From Pelagomonas calceolata (Eukaryota): a stretch of DNA of 64,000 nt. The stretch is taken from NCBI GenBank assembly GCA_918797485.1, contig CAKKNE010000003.1, forward strand, positions 186,001-250,000, in the 5' to 3' direction. A program made the position numbers and the translations under genes. Below are positions 1-10,507 of this stretch, in pieces (the stretch's first letter is position 1; every line of letters starts with the position of its first letter). The notes under the pieces were generated by a model. That model was not told where the DNA came from, searched no databases, and saw nothing but the letters and a program-made list of their open reading frames with translations.

Positions 1-1864
1 TGGAGGAGGCCGTGCGCCAGGCGGAGTTGCACGCGGCGCGGCAGACCGCGCGCGCGACGGAGGCCGAGGCCAAGGCCGCGCGGCTCATCGAGGCACCGCC
101 GGCCTACGACACGGCCGAGGGCGAGCGGATATTGAAGGAGCGCCTCGACGAGCTGCGCCGCGGCACGCTGGACGCGCTGCGCGCGGCCGAGGCGAAGAAC
201 GAGCGCCTCGCGGCCGAAAAACGCCGCGGCGACGCAGGAACTCGCAGAGTGCCGCCGGAAGCTCGCCATGGACCACGTCGAGGCGGAGTCGAAGCTCGCG
301 GCGGAGCTCGACCGGCTCACGGCCGAGACCGTCGAGGCGAAGCGCCAGCTCAACGACCGCCGCCGGAAATTGGCCATCGAGAAGCGCCGCGCTGAGAACG
401 CTCCTCGGCGCGAGCGGGCGGCTGCAGCCGTCGCGTTGCGGGCCCAAAAGGCCGTCGTGGCGCTCAACGCCAAGTGCGACGACTTCTGCCGGAAGGTTCT
501 GTTAAAAGCGCACGACGACGTCGCGGGAGGCGCCGGGCGGCGGCTCCGCGACAACCGGCAGCCCCTCCTCGAGACGGCCGCGATCTACGCGGCGCGTCGG
601 CGGCCGTTCTCCGGGAAAAGCGTCGAGGAGCCCGCCGTCGATATAAATGAGCCCGTCCGGCGCATCCTCGACGTCGCCACGCGGCGCCAGCAGCTCCTCC
701 CGACGATCGCGCCCCTTGTCGAGGAGCGCGACGCCCGGGCGACGACGGGCTGCGACGCCGCATTGGGTGCTGTCATGGCCGTCGCCGCGCAGCGCAACGA
801 GGCGCGGTTAATACAGGCGCAGCAGCGGCTTGAGGCGCTGGCGACGGCCGCGGAGCGGGCCGCGGCCGGCGCGTCCGGCGCCGTCGGCGCCATCGCACAC
901 CCCGACATTCAACAAACCATCGCGGACGAAGGAGTCGAGACGGACCGCGGCCGTGAGCGAAGTTCGCGCGCAGCGCCGCGCCGTCGACGCGGAACTCGCC
1001 GACCTGCGGACGACGCGCGCGCGCGCGGTCGACTCGCTGCGGAAGGAGCGCGCCGATCGCGCGAAGACGGACACGCGCGGGAGGCGCGCTGGCGCGGCGG
1101 CGCCGGCATCGAGCCGCCTGACCGCGCGGCGCGTGGCCAAGGCCGTGCGCGAGACCGAGGACCGGGCCTTCTCGGCGCACGCGCTGGCCCTCGAGGACGC
1201 GGCGACGGCACAGCAACAGCGTCACCGCCAGGCTCTGGCCGGCGCCATCGCCGCCTGCGAGGCGCGCCACGCCGAGGCGCTGGACCAGCGCCGCCGCCGC
1301 GACGTCGCGCTCGCGGCCTCGCTGCGCGGCGCGAAGCAGCGCGCCAAGGGGCCGCAGCACGTCGCGGCCTGTGTGGAAATCAACCAGTGCGTCGGGTGCG
1401 ACAATTCTTCACTAAGTCATGTCTCGGCGATGGCGTGGCCGCGCTGGTTCCGTCGAGCGGCGAGGAATCGGCATCGCCAAGCCATCGAGCAGGCGTCGCG
1501 TCGATGGCGTGGAGGACGACGCGATGATTCAGCACGAACGCGCCGTAAAATTTTGATTTCCACACAGGTCGCGGCGGAGCGCGCCCGCGACTCGCTCGCC
1601 GAGGCCGCGGCGGCGGTCGACGTCCTCTACCAGCAAGAGGCCGCGCGCATCGACCGGCGGCCGCGGCGGCGCGAGGGCGCCGCGCGGCGGCGCCGGCGGC
1701 GCCGGCGCCATCGGACGCCGCCCTCCCGCCACCGCCGCCGCGCCGGGCGCCTCCGCCGCCGCCGACGCGCGCCTCGACGCGCGCTCGCGGCCGCCACGGG
1801 ACGCCTCGGCCGCCGCCGCCGCCGGCGTCGCGGCCCCGAAATCATCGCGTCGCGGCCCCGTTGA
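1..1864 (+). CDS. Coiled-coil hypothetical protein, 5'-partial; broken across frames; introner intron 1361-1567
   Basis: Ala/Glu/Arg-rich helical sequence runs successively in ORFs 12-395, 268-1527 and 830-1864. Removing 1361-1567 joins GPQH|VAAERARDSLAE in frame. The exact 3' end is uncertain. Confidence 0.5.
1369..1567 (+). mobile_element. Introner element (non-autonomous DNA transposon spliced as an intron)
   Basis: Perfect 15-bp TIRs CTGTGTGGAAATCAA (1369-1383) and TTGATTTCCACACAG (1553-1567). Flanked by an 8-bp direct repeat GTCGCGGC (1361-1368, 1568-1575). GT donor lies in the left TSD and AG acceptor at the end of the right TIR. Confidence 0.92.
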
Positions 1865-2106
1865 AGCTCGGCGCGTGGAACAAGACGACGCGCACGGAGC
1901 CGATGCCGTTCAAGCACAATTACACGGTTCCTGGGTCTGATGTGGCGTCGTAAGCTTCATGAACTTGACTACTGTGTAACACACTAGATTTTCCAGCCCA
2001 GCGCCGCCGCGCAGCGTTTGTCAAAGCGGGCCGAGGGCCGGGAAAGAGGCTGCCGTACACAGACCCGGTCACGCCGGTCGCCGCGGACTGGGCAAGGCAA
2101 GACAAA

Positions 2107-2254
2107 TAGAACCGGGGCCCCCGGTATAAGGCTGCCCGCACCTGAGCCCCGGGCGCGCCGGCCGCCGCAAGCGAAGAGGCAGCCCCACCCTAGAACCGGG
2201 GCCGCGCCGCAAGACTGCCCTCCTCGTGTTGGCTGAAGAGGCAGCCCCACCCTA
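2107..2254. repeat. Interleaved short direct repeats upstream of the MORN gene
   Basis: GAAGAGGCAGCCCCACCCTA at 2173-2192 and 2235-2254; TAGAACCGGGGCC at 2107-2119 and 2191-2203. Confidence 0.8.
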
Positions 2255-2258
2255 AACG

Positions 2259-4878
2259 ATGCGCGTCGCCGTGGGCCGCACGCGGGAAGATCGCCTCGCC
2301 CGGCTCCGCGCCACCGAGACGCAGAAATGGATCGCCGAGCAGGCCGCCGGCGCCGAAAAGGCCAAGAACGAAAAGGCGGCGAACTCGAAGGAGCAGCGGC
2401 GCCAGGCGACGACGACGATCCAAGCGGGGCTTCGCGGCTTTCGCGGGCGCTACGAGACGAGATTTCTTAGGAAGCAGATCTGGGCGGGATTATTGGCACA
2501 ACGATTGTACAGAGGCTACCTCGGGCGACAAGCGGCCAAGTACAAAAGATGGCAGAAGGCTTCAGTGGTCAAGTCCATGCCCGCTTTGGAACGACTACAA
2601 GAGCGGTCGGAGGTCACCCATTCGCAAGGCGGGTGGGTCGAGTACTACGACCCGGAGACGCGGGCTCTGTGGTACCTCGAGACCGATACGTATAGGAGTA
2701 CCTGGGGCCGGCCCGAAGACCTAGATTTTGGTCTTAGGAGGAGGGCGCATCTACGACGCGCAACGGAAACGAGAACGGGATGAATTATTAGTCGGACCGC
2801 CCGAGGCGACGTGGCACAAGGGCTTTTATCTGTCAAGGAAGAAAGAAGAGGAGGAAGAAGATAAAGGCATCGTGATCACGGAGAGCGGGTTGGTGCTGGA
2901 GATTTCCGATGACGACGACATCAGCGAGTTTTCCTCGGACGAAGATCTGGACGATGAAACGACAGTAAAGAGGAGGACGGCGAAGATGGCGGCCAAGGCG
3001 AAGAGTTCCGGAGGCGACGGCCCCGACGGTCCCACGGACATTCCGGAGGACCAGATGGGCAAGGATGTGGGAGGCAAACAAAAAAAAGCGAAGGAGTTCG
3101 CGTCGCCCGAAGCTCGTCGATTAGCCAAGGCCCTCGAGAAGGAGGAAAAGCGCGTCAAGAAGCTGCGGGGCGACATGGGGATTAGTAGAGAACCGGTGGG
3201 AGACAACTTGGATGATTTTATTAAAAGAATATATCCAAAGAGGAAGGGTTTATCTTTGAAGCTCTTCCAGGGCGGGACGCGCGCCGAGGGGTACATGAAA
3301 GATGGTTTGTTTGAGGGCTTCGGGACCTGTGTCTGGCCGGCGGATCGAGGGAGGTACACGGGCGACTGGAAGAATGGTAAGAGGCATGGAGAAGGGATCT
3401 ACACGAAGCCCGATGGGACGGAGTATGTGGGAGAGTGGAAGGAAGGGCGGAGGGACGGCTGGGGCTGCCTCTTCCATCCCTGCGGCGAGATGTACGAGGG
3501 CGAGTGGCGCGCGGGGCGCATGCACGGTGTCGGAAGATTGACGTCGCTCAACGGCGACGCCTACGAGGGGACTTTTGTGGAGAACAAGCCGGAAGGCGTG
3601 GGTCGGTTCTCGAAGATGAATGGCGACGCCTACTTGGGGGAGATTAGGAGGGGCATGGCGAATGGCCGAGGTATACTTTCTTTCGCGACGGGCGAGGTGT
3701 ACCGAGGCGAGTTCTACGATGATCTGAGGCACGGTAGGGGCGCATGTAGATATGCGGACGGTGCGAGGTACGCAGGGAAATGGGTCAAGGGCCACCACGA
3801 GGGGTACGGCGTCTTCGTGTCCCCGGACGGTGAGAAGTACTGCGGGGAATGGGAGGATTCCCAGAAAAACGGAAGAGGTAGATATTTCTTCAAGAACGGG
3901 GACTTTTTTGATGGGACCTTCGTGAAAGGACTAGCGCAAGGCCACGGCGTCTACTGGTACAGAAACTGGGGCAACGCCTATAGTGGAAACTGGGTCGACG
4001 ACAAGAAATCAGGCAAGGGCACTTATGTCTTCGGTACTGGTTCGAGATATGACGGCTGGTGGCGGGAAAATGATATCGACGGGAAGGGCATTTTTCAGTA
4101 CAGGCAGGGCGACTCGTATCGGGGCGAGTTCCGGCGCAATCGCAAACATGGCCAGGGCATCTACAAGTGGTCGACCGGCAATGTCTACAAGGGCGGGTTC
4201 CGGGAAGATCGCATGCAGGGCGAGGGCGAGATGGTCTATGCGACCACAAATCATTATTATAAAGGGTGGTGGCGGGACAATAAGAAGCATGGTCATGGGT
4301 TCTTCCGGTTTGTCGATGGCAACACGTACGAGGGCGAGTATTGCGACGACATCCAGCACGGCAAGGGCAAATTGACCTATTCACCGGGCAATATTTTGGA
4401 GGAGAGCTACGACGGCGACTGGGTCGAAGGAAGGCGGCACGGTATTGGGTTGTACACATATAAATTCCAGGACCCCATCGAATCCTACGAGGGCGAATGG
4501 TGCGATAACCTAAGGCACGGCACGGGCAAATTAATATACAAGGACGGCGGCTACTACAAGGGCGACTTCTTGCGGGAGCGGATGACGGGCCGCGGTTTAT
4601 ATGTCTGGCCCGACGGCTCGCAGTACGAGGGCCAGTGGAAGGACAACCAGCGCCACGGCGAAGGTACCGAGTTGAGCGCATCCGGCACGGTTTTTAGGGG
4701 CCAGTACTGGCGGAACATGCGGCACGGGCCCGGCGAGCTGACGTACCTGAACGGGAACCGCTACGAGGGCGTCTGGGACCGGGACAAGATCGTGGGACGG
4801 GGCAAGTACAAGCTCCTCGTCGGCACGGGCAAGGGGGGCAAGGAGGACACGGTCGGGCTGCGCGTGTTCGGGTACTAA
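2259..4878 (+). CDS. IQ-motif + WW-like + MORN-repeat protein (one frameshift near 2725-2730)
   Basis: ORF 2259-2783 has IQ motifs (IQAGLRGFRGR, AQRLYRGYLGR) and a WW-like segment (WVEYYDPETRALWY..STWGRP). ORF 2728-4878 carries a long run of MORN repeats (YxGxWxxGxxHGxG). The two ORFs overlap at a TTTT run. Confidence 0.8.
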
Positions 4879-4920
4879 CTGTTTTGTTTTTGTAGAGTTC
4901 CGTAATTCTGTGATCTAGGC

Positions 4921-5932
4921 TTAGGCCTCCGGGAGCGGGCGGCGGCGCGGCGGCCGCCGCGAGGCCTCCGGCGCGCCGCTCAGGGCCTCCTTCTTCTTGC
5001 CGAAGCCCTTGAACGGCGAGAAGCCCCTTCTTCTTGGGCGCGGCCTCCGCGACGGGCTTGACTTCCTCGGCGGCCGTCTCGACGGCTTGGGCGAGCTTGT
5101 CGGCCTCCTTGCGCACGGAAGACTCGGCCGCTGTCGCCTTCGGCGTCGAGTCGGCGCGCACGAGCTCCTTCATGGCCCCGAGCTTCGACTGGCGGTTCTC
5201 GAGGTAGCTGTCGAGCGCGTCCAGCAATAACGGAAGGAGCACGAGCATGAGGACGAGGGAGACGATCGTCGGGAACTGGGGCTCGAGTAAGGTAAACAGG
5301 AGGCTGCCGCAGGGGCGCGCCGCCGACGGGCGGCCGAACTTGGCGAGCGCCATATTCACCAGAATGCCGCCGAGCATCGGGCAGCCGACCATGATGCCGC
5401 ACGTCACCGTCACGCGGCCGGCGACGTCCTTGGACAGGATCTTCATGACGTCCTCGAACTGGTCCTGGTTGAGCTCCTTGCCCGACTTGTTGTCTTTCGC
5501 GTACTGCGCGAGGACCTCATCCACCGAATGGCGCTTCGGGGGCTTGACCGCGCCGATGACGCGGATGGCCTTATTCACCTGCGCCGGCGCACGAGTTAGT
5601 CTAGCGTTCGTGACCGCTTAAGTACTCTCCCTCACCTGGAGGTAGACGAGCAAGACGGCCGTGTAGAGCTCGTCGCTGTCGACGGTGCCGCCGTGGTCGT
5701 GGTCGACCTCCTCGAAGACGCTCTTGATCATGGCCTTGAACTTGGCCCGCGCGGAGCGCCGCGCCCAGGAGACGATGCAGTAGACGGTGATCGAGGCCAG
5801 TACCGCGGCGACGGCGCCCATGACCATGATCGTCTTCGTCGAGGGCTCGCCGTAGGCGCACTTGTTCATGATCTCCATCGGCACGCTCTCCTGGCGCTCC
5901 AGCGGCGCCGGGCCCATGGCGGTGTCGGCCAT
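4921..5932 (-). CDS. EF-hand-containing membrane protein; intron 5579-5635
   Basis: EF-hand loop DHDHGGTVDSDE and hydrophobic segments. A GTGAGG...CTAAC...CAG intron joins VYLQ|VNKAIR. A probable 1-nt frameshift near 5025 gives KKKGFSPFKGFGKKKEA...stop at 4921. Confidence 0.7.
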
Positions 5933-6470
5933 CGCGTCCCGAGTCCCGAGACCTGCGCGGCGGTTTCGCTCGTCATGAATCAGCGGCCGGTTGTCGTGTC
6001 CCTCCACTCCTTTCTCGTCGGTCGCGCGACGCGTGCGCCGCGATGGGAAAACAGGCTTCCTCCAGGATGTGGCTGTTTTTTGTCCTGCCGCGCGACGAGC
6101 GCCGAAATTCGTGCCCGTAGTATTCCGACGATGATACAGTACTGTTAAATCGCCTCAGAGCTCCCGCACAGGGCGTGAAGCTCGAGCTGTAGCCGAGTGG
6201 CTGTGGCCTAAAACCTGTTTTTCCACACGGTTGTTGCCCGTCTTTGGAGTGGGCCACGGAAACAGGACCCCTCCTCCTGTACTCTATACCACTCCACACG
6301 CCATCGACGCGACGCGGCATTCGACTCGCGGGCGCGACGTCGACGCGCGATCGACCGACGACGCTACCATGCTAATTACGCGATTGACCGAACGGCGGCG
6401 CGAACGATAAGTATCCAATATTAGTCACAGGGGGAGCAAGGTCGTCGCCGCTCGGGACCCATCCGCGAGC

Positions 6471-6881
6471 TTAGAAGAGGCCGAAGGCCTTCTTCTTCGG
6501 CGCCGCCGCGGAGCCGGCCTTGCCGCCGTAGCCCTTGTCGCGGCGGCCGTTCGCGACGTCGAAGGCGGCCTTGGAGGTGAACTTCTCCTTGGCGAACGTG
6601 TGGCCGGAGCCCGCGACCTGGTCGCCCTTGAAGGTCTGCTTGGCCTCCATCTCGACGAGCCAGTCGGCGACGTCCTTGACAAGGTTCTTGCCCTTGGGGA
6701 AGCGGGACTTGTTGGCCTGCTTCTTGCTCGCGTCGGCGGCCTTCTTCGCCGCGTACTCCGACGCCGAGAGGCCCTGGGGCACGTACGCCGAGAGCGCCGA
6801 GGCGCTGCGGGTCTGCGTCGCCGCCGGGGCGAACGCACCGGCGGAAGCGACGAGGGCGAGGGCGGTCAGGAGGCGGGCCAT
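6471..6881 (-). CDS. Small plastid-targeted Lys-rich protein of unknown function (paralog A)
   Basis: MARLLTALALVASAGA-FAP bipartite signal; mature part YVPQGLS...KSRFPKGK...ADWLVEME; strongly biased codons. Confidence 0.8.
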   Translation of the reverse strand: MARLLTALALVASAGAFAPAATQTRSASALSAYVPQGLSASEYAAKKAADASKKQANKSRFPKGKNLVKDVADWLVEMEAKQTFKGDQVAGSGHTFAKEKFTSKAAFDVANGRRDKGYGGKAGSAAAPKKKAFGLF

Positions 6882-8015
6882 CGTTGACCTGCGCGCGAGC
6901 TCGTGAGATACGCGGCACGACATGACTTTTGTGCGAGCCTCGTGAGACGCGCGACATGCACATGACTTTTGTGTTGCGCTCCCCAAGCCCGGGCGCGCGG
7001 CACGACACGCGTCGCGAGTGCTTTCGTCTCGCAGCGGCGGCGCGACGCAGGGCTGGCGGCCCTCTGGGGCAGCGCCGGTGCGCGGCAGGGCGGAAACGGG
7101 TATTGAGCTTGCAAAATGCAAAGATGCAGCCGCGCAGCGCGGCATGGTGGCCGCGGTCACCGCGATCAGCCCATCCATGCTATATGTGCTGCTCTCGCGG
7201 GCTCTGTGCAGTTTTGCGTTGCCAGCTCAGGTTGCGCGTTCATCGCCATGTGCTCAATGCCACACCGCAGCATTCTGGATTCCGGCAGTTTGCGGCAAAC
7301 GCGCACTGCTGACCAATTGAGACACTGTGATTTGACGTGAGAGGTGAGTAAGACCGGTTTAATCGCGAGTAAGGCTGGGTGTGGCGCATGCCGTCTCAAC
7401 AAGCCACCGTGGCCAGCTGGGGCGCTGAGCCCTCCATCCAGCCCATACACGACTCGTGCAGCCATCCGTCCGGACCGCAGGCTCCAACCCAGCCATCCCT
7501 GGAGGTGCCAGTACGCGTCGGACGGACACGGAAGGAAAACCCTACTACGTACTCCAGACATCGCTAAACGCGTGGAACCGTCGGAAGCGTCCACGCAAAA
7601 TGTGAGCAAGGACTTCGTGTGATCGAGGGTGCGAGCTTTGCGTCCGCAAGCTAGCTTTTATTGTCTTATCTTCCTCCGGAACAGCATGAAGCTGACGGCT
7701 GCGGGTTGCCGGCGTCCAGCAGCGGTCAGAGACGGACGGACACCGCGGCGCGGTGCTGCGGCTCGCCGTATCCAGCCCAAAACCGGCAGCAAAAAAATGG
7801 GCTCTCAGAGCGCCGTCGCGTGCCCAGAGGTGACAGCGACGGCCGCACGGCCGAGCGCTGCTTCCAATGGGCGACGCTAGCCGGTCTGAGCTCTATAATC
7901 CAGGCTTAAGAGGCCCAAACGCAAAGCGCGCGCCCGGCCGCCCCGTTTGCCCATAGGAAGCAAGGTGTGCAAGCCTTCGCGGCCGGCCGCCGCTCACGAC
8001 GAGCGGCGCCGGCCG

Positions 8016-8456
8016 ATGGAGCGCTCACATCCAAGCTTCGGAGCCCAAGTGCGCCCACTTGGTGATCCGCGCGACGCCGCCGCCTCACGTGCCCTCTCCT
8101 GACCGCAACACACAACGCAGGTCCTCGCCCTCGCGCCGCTGGCGCTCGGCTTCGCGCCCGCCGCGCAGCAGCGCGCGCCGACGGCGCTCAACGGCTACGT
8201 GCCCAAGGGCCTGACCGAGGCGCAGTACAAGGCGGCGATGGCGGCCGACAAGAGCAAGGCGCAGGCCAACAAGTCCAAGTTCCCCAAGGGCAAGAAGACC
8301 CTCGACATCGCGGACTGGCTCGTGCAGATGGAGAAGAAGCAGACGCTCAAGGGCGACAAGGTCGTCGGCTCGGGCCACTCGTACGCGAAGCAGAAGTTCT
8401 CGACGAAGTCGGCGTTCGACAAGGTCTTCGGCACGAACAAGGAGATGTGGGAGTAG
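8016..8456 (+). CDS. Small plastid-targeted protein (paralog B); probable intron 8049-8120
   Basis: Exon 2 reads VLALAPLALG-FAPAA...GYVPKGLT...KSKFPKGK...ADWLVQME and is clearly homologous to 6471-6881. Branch site CTGAC and CAG acceptor at 8120. The first exon is uncertain. Confidence 0.75.
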
Positions 8457-8633
8457 GCGCACGACTGCCCCCCCACCCTCTACCTGTAGCTAGGGCGCCG
8501 CCCCGGAACGTAAATATGAACTGAGTACTGCTCCCCCCTTGCCGTCGGTTCCGAGCTAACACTCGAGGCGGCGGGCGGGCACGTGCACGCGTGCGGTCAC
8601 GCTTTCCCCAAAGTCGGTCGAAAGCACACATTT

Positions 8634-9476
8634 TTAGCCGTTGGACGAAGACGACGACGAGTCGTCCGAGCTCGAGGCAGCGGCGGCCGCCGGCGCGGCG
8701 GCGTCGTCGTCGCTGCTCGACGAGTCGCCATCGCTGCTCGACGAGTCGTCGTCGCTCGATGAGTCGTCGTCGCCGCCGTCGCCGGTCGTCGCGTCCTTCG
8801 CCGGCGGCTTCTCGGCGACGCGCTTGATTTCCAGCCAGCGGGCGCCGTCGTCGAGCTTTGTCCCCGACAGCGCGACCGCCGCGTCGGCCGCTTCGGTAGT
8901 TTCAAACGTCGCGTAGGCCTGGCCCGTCTTCCGGCCGCCCTTTTCGAGCGCTGCGACGCGCGCCGGCGGCGCGACGTTGTGCGACTGGAAGAACTCAACC
9001 AAAAACTCGGCGGCCTTGGCCTTGAAGGGCATGCCAGACACAAAAACCTTGCGCTTCAGCTTCCGCCGCCGGTCGCGCTGGAGGTACCGCGTGTTCACGC
9101 GCTTCTTCGCCGGTGGTGCTGAAGAGGGCACGGCCGTCGCGACGGCGACGTTGAACTTGCACGGCTTCAAATTCTGGTCGCCTCTTTTAATTTTGTGCTT
9201 CTTGAGGCGGGCGCAGACCCAGCGCTGCTCGGGGGCCGCGGCGTCGGCCTTCCAGGACCGCCGCTTCATGGCCCGCAGGCCGCAGTGGCACTTGATGCGC
9301 GCCTCTTCCGTGGAGACGCAGGGGTTCGGCTTCGGCGGCGCCTTGGCGACCTTCGGCTTCTTGACGCACTGCGAGCACTCGTAGACCCAGTGGCCGGGCT
9401 CCTTGCAGAGCTTGCAGACGTAGCCGGCGGGCGGCGGGGCCTTGGCTTTGCGCTTCTTCGGGGGTGCGGTGGCCAT
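8634..9476 (-). CDS. Zinc knuckle + GRF-like zinc finger + RRM protein with acidic/Ser tail
   Basis: CKLCKEPGHWVYEC (CCHC knuckle), CHCG..WVC..CKF, RRM RNP2 VFVSGM and RNP1-like GQAYATF. Confidence 0.8.
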   Translation of the reverse strand: MATAPPKKRKAKAPPPAGYVCKLCKEPGHWVYECSQCVKKPKVAKAPPKPNPCVSTEEARIKCHCGLRAMKRRSWKADAAAPEQRWVCARLKKHKIKRGDQNLKPCKFNVAVATAVPSSAPPAKKRVNTRYLQRDRRRKLKRKVFVSGMPFKAKAAEFLVEFFQSHNVAPPARVAALEKGGRKTGQAYATFETTEAADAAVALSGTKLDDGARWLEIKRVAEKPPAKDATTGDGGDDDSSSDDDSSSSDGDSSSSDDDAAAPAAAAASSSDDSSSSSSNG

Positions 9477-9892
9477 CGCGGATCGCTGCGGCGTCGTGTG
9501 CGCCTTGTGCAACGCAGTGCTGGCTGTCGCTCCTTCGCTGCGGCGGCGTGTGCAGCTGTGCAGTGCAGTGCTCTTTGTCGCTCCTTCCCGTGCGCGATGC
9601 GAGCGTTCTCGCTGCCTCGGCAGTGTTTTTATACGTCAAGACGTCTCTCTTTTTCGGTATGTCTCTACTTGATGTCCAGCACAGGTGGCGCTTCAGGCGA
9701 TGCAAGTCCAAGCTAGCTCTCCGGCAGCACAGGTTTTTGCCAGCCGCAAATCGCGACTCAAAGTCCTCATACGTGCGACTACGAGGCGGCACAGCAGCGC
9801 TCTGGCCGCCCCTGGGAGCTGCGCAACCGCAGCGCTCGTCTCCGCAGCGTGCGCCCACGCATAAAGCCAAAAATAGCATCACAAGCAGGAGG

Positions 9893-10414
9893 ATGTTAAA
9901 TTGGCTGCGGCGGCCGGACGCCAAGGAGTTGGGCAACTCAGCGTTCAAAGAGAAGAACTTGGATGAAGCCGTACTCCAATACACGCGGGGTTTGGAACTC
10001 TGCCAGGGCACGGCGCAGACCGAGGAGCGCTCGAAACTGCTCGCGAACCGGTCGGCGGCACATGCGAAGCTCGGCGACTATGAAGCCGCCTTGGCCGACG
10101 CCGAGGAGGCGGCGAGACTGCAGCCGGACTGGCCCAAGGCCTGGGCGCGCAAGGGCAAGGCGCTGACCTGTTTGCAAAGGCATAAGGCCGCGGCATCGGC
10201 ATACGCGCGAGGATTGGAAATGGCCTTGACATTGATGCAAAAGAATGACGAGCGCCACGAGCGCGAGCTCGAAGCCCTACAAAAGCAGGCCAAGACCGCG
10301 TCGGACTCGTACATGGCGCTGCTCGGCGAGACCGAGACGCTCAAACGCCAGCTCGAGGACTACACGCTCATGTTCGGCGAGCGCGAGACCGGCGGCAAGG
10401 CCAAGGCGGGCTGA
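9893..10414 (+). CDS. TPR-domain co-chaperone-like protein
   Basis: AKELGNSAFKEKNLDEAVLQYTRGL...LANRSAAHAKLGDYEAALADAEEAARLQPDWPKAWARKG is an STI1/TTC-type TPR. Confidence 0.85.
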   Translation: MLNWLRRPDAKELGNSAFKEKNLDEAVLQYTRGLELCQGTAQTEERSKLLANRSAAHAKLGDYEAALADAEEAARLQPDWPKAWARKGKALTCLQRHKAAASAYARGLEMALTLMQKNDERHERELEALQKQAKTASDSYMALLGETETLKRQLEDYTLMFGERETGGKAKAG

Positions 10415-10507
10415 TCCCCCCGGACGGTGCGTCGATGGCGTTCGGGGGCGCCACCCCAACGCCATCGACGACGCGATGTGTGTAAAAATGTGTCTGTTAA
10501 GAGAAAC

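Noticed and set aside
3300..4800. Regular repeats resembling a CRISPR or DNA tandem array
   Set aside because: The periodicity is protein-level MORN repeats; there are no identical DNA repeats with unique spacers.
7320..7700. Possible extra gene or ncRNA between the paralog pair (GTGAGT donor-like site, short ORFs)
   Set aside because: No coherent exon structure, codon bias or recognisable RNA fold.
8100..8102. In-frame TGA upstream of paralog B as another Sec codon
   Set aside because: It lies within the branch-site CTGAC of a probable intron, with no Cys-homologous context and no SECIS seen.
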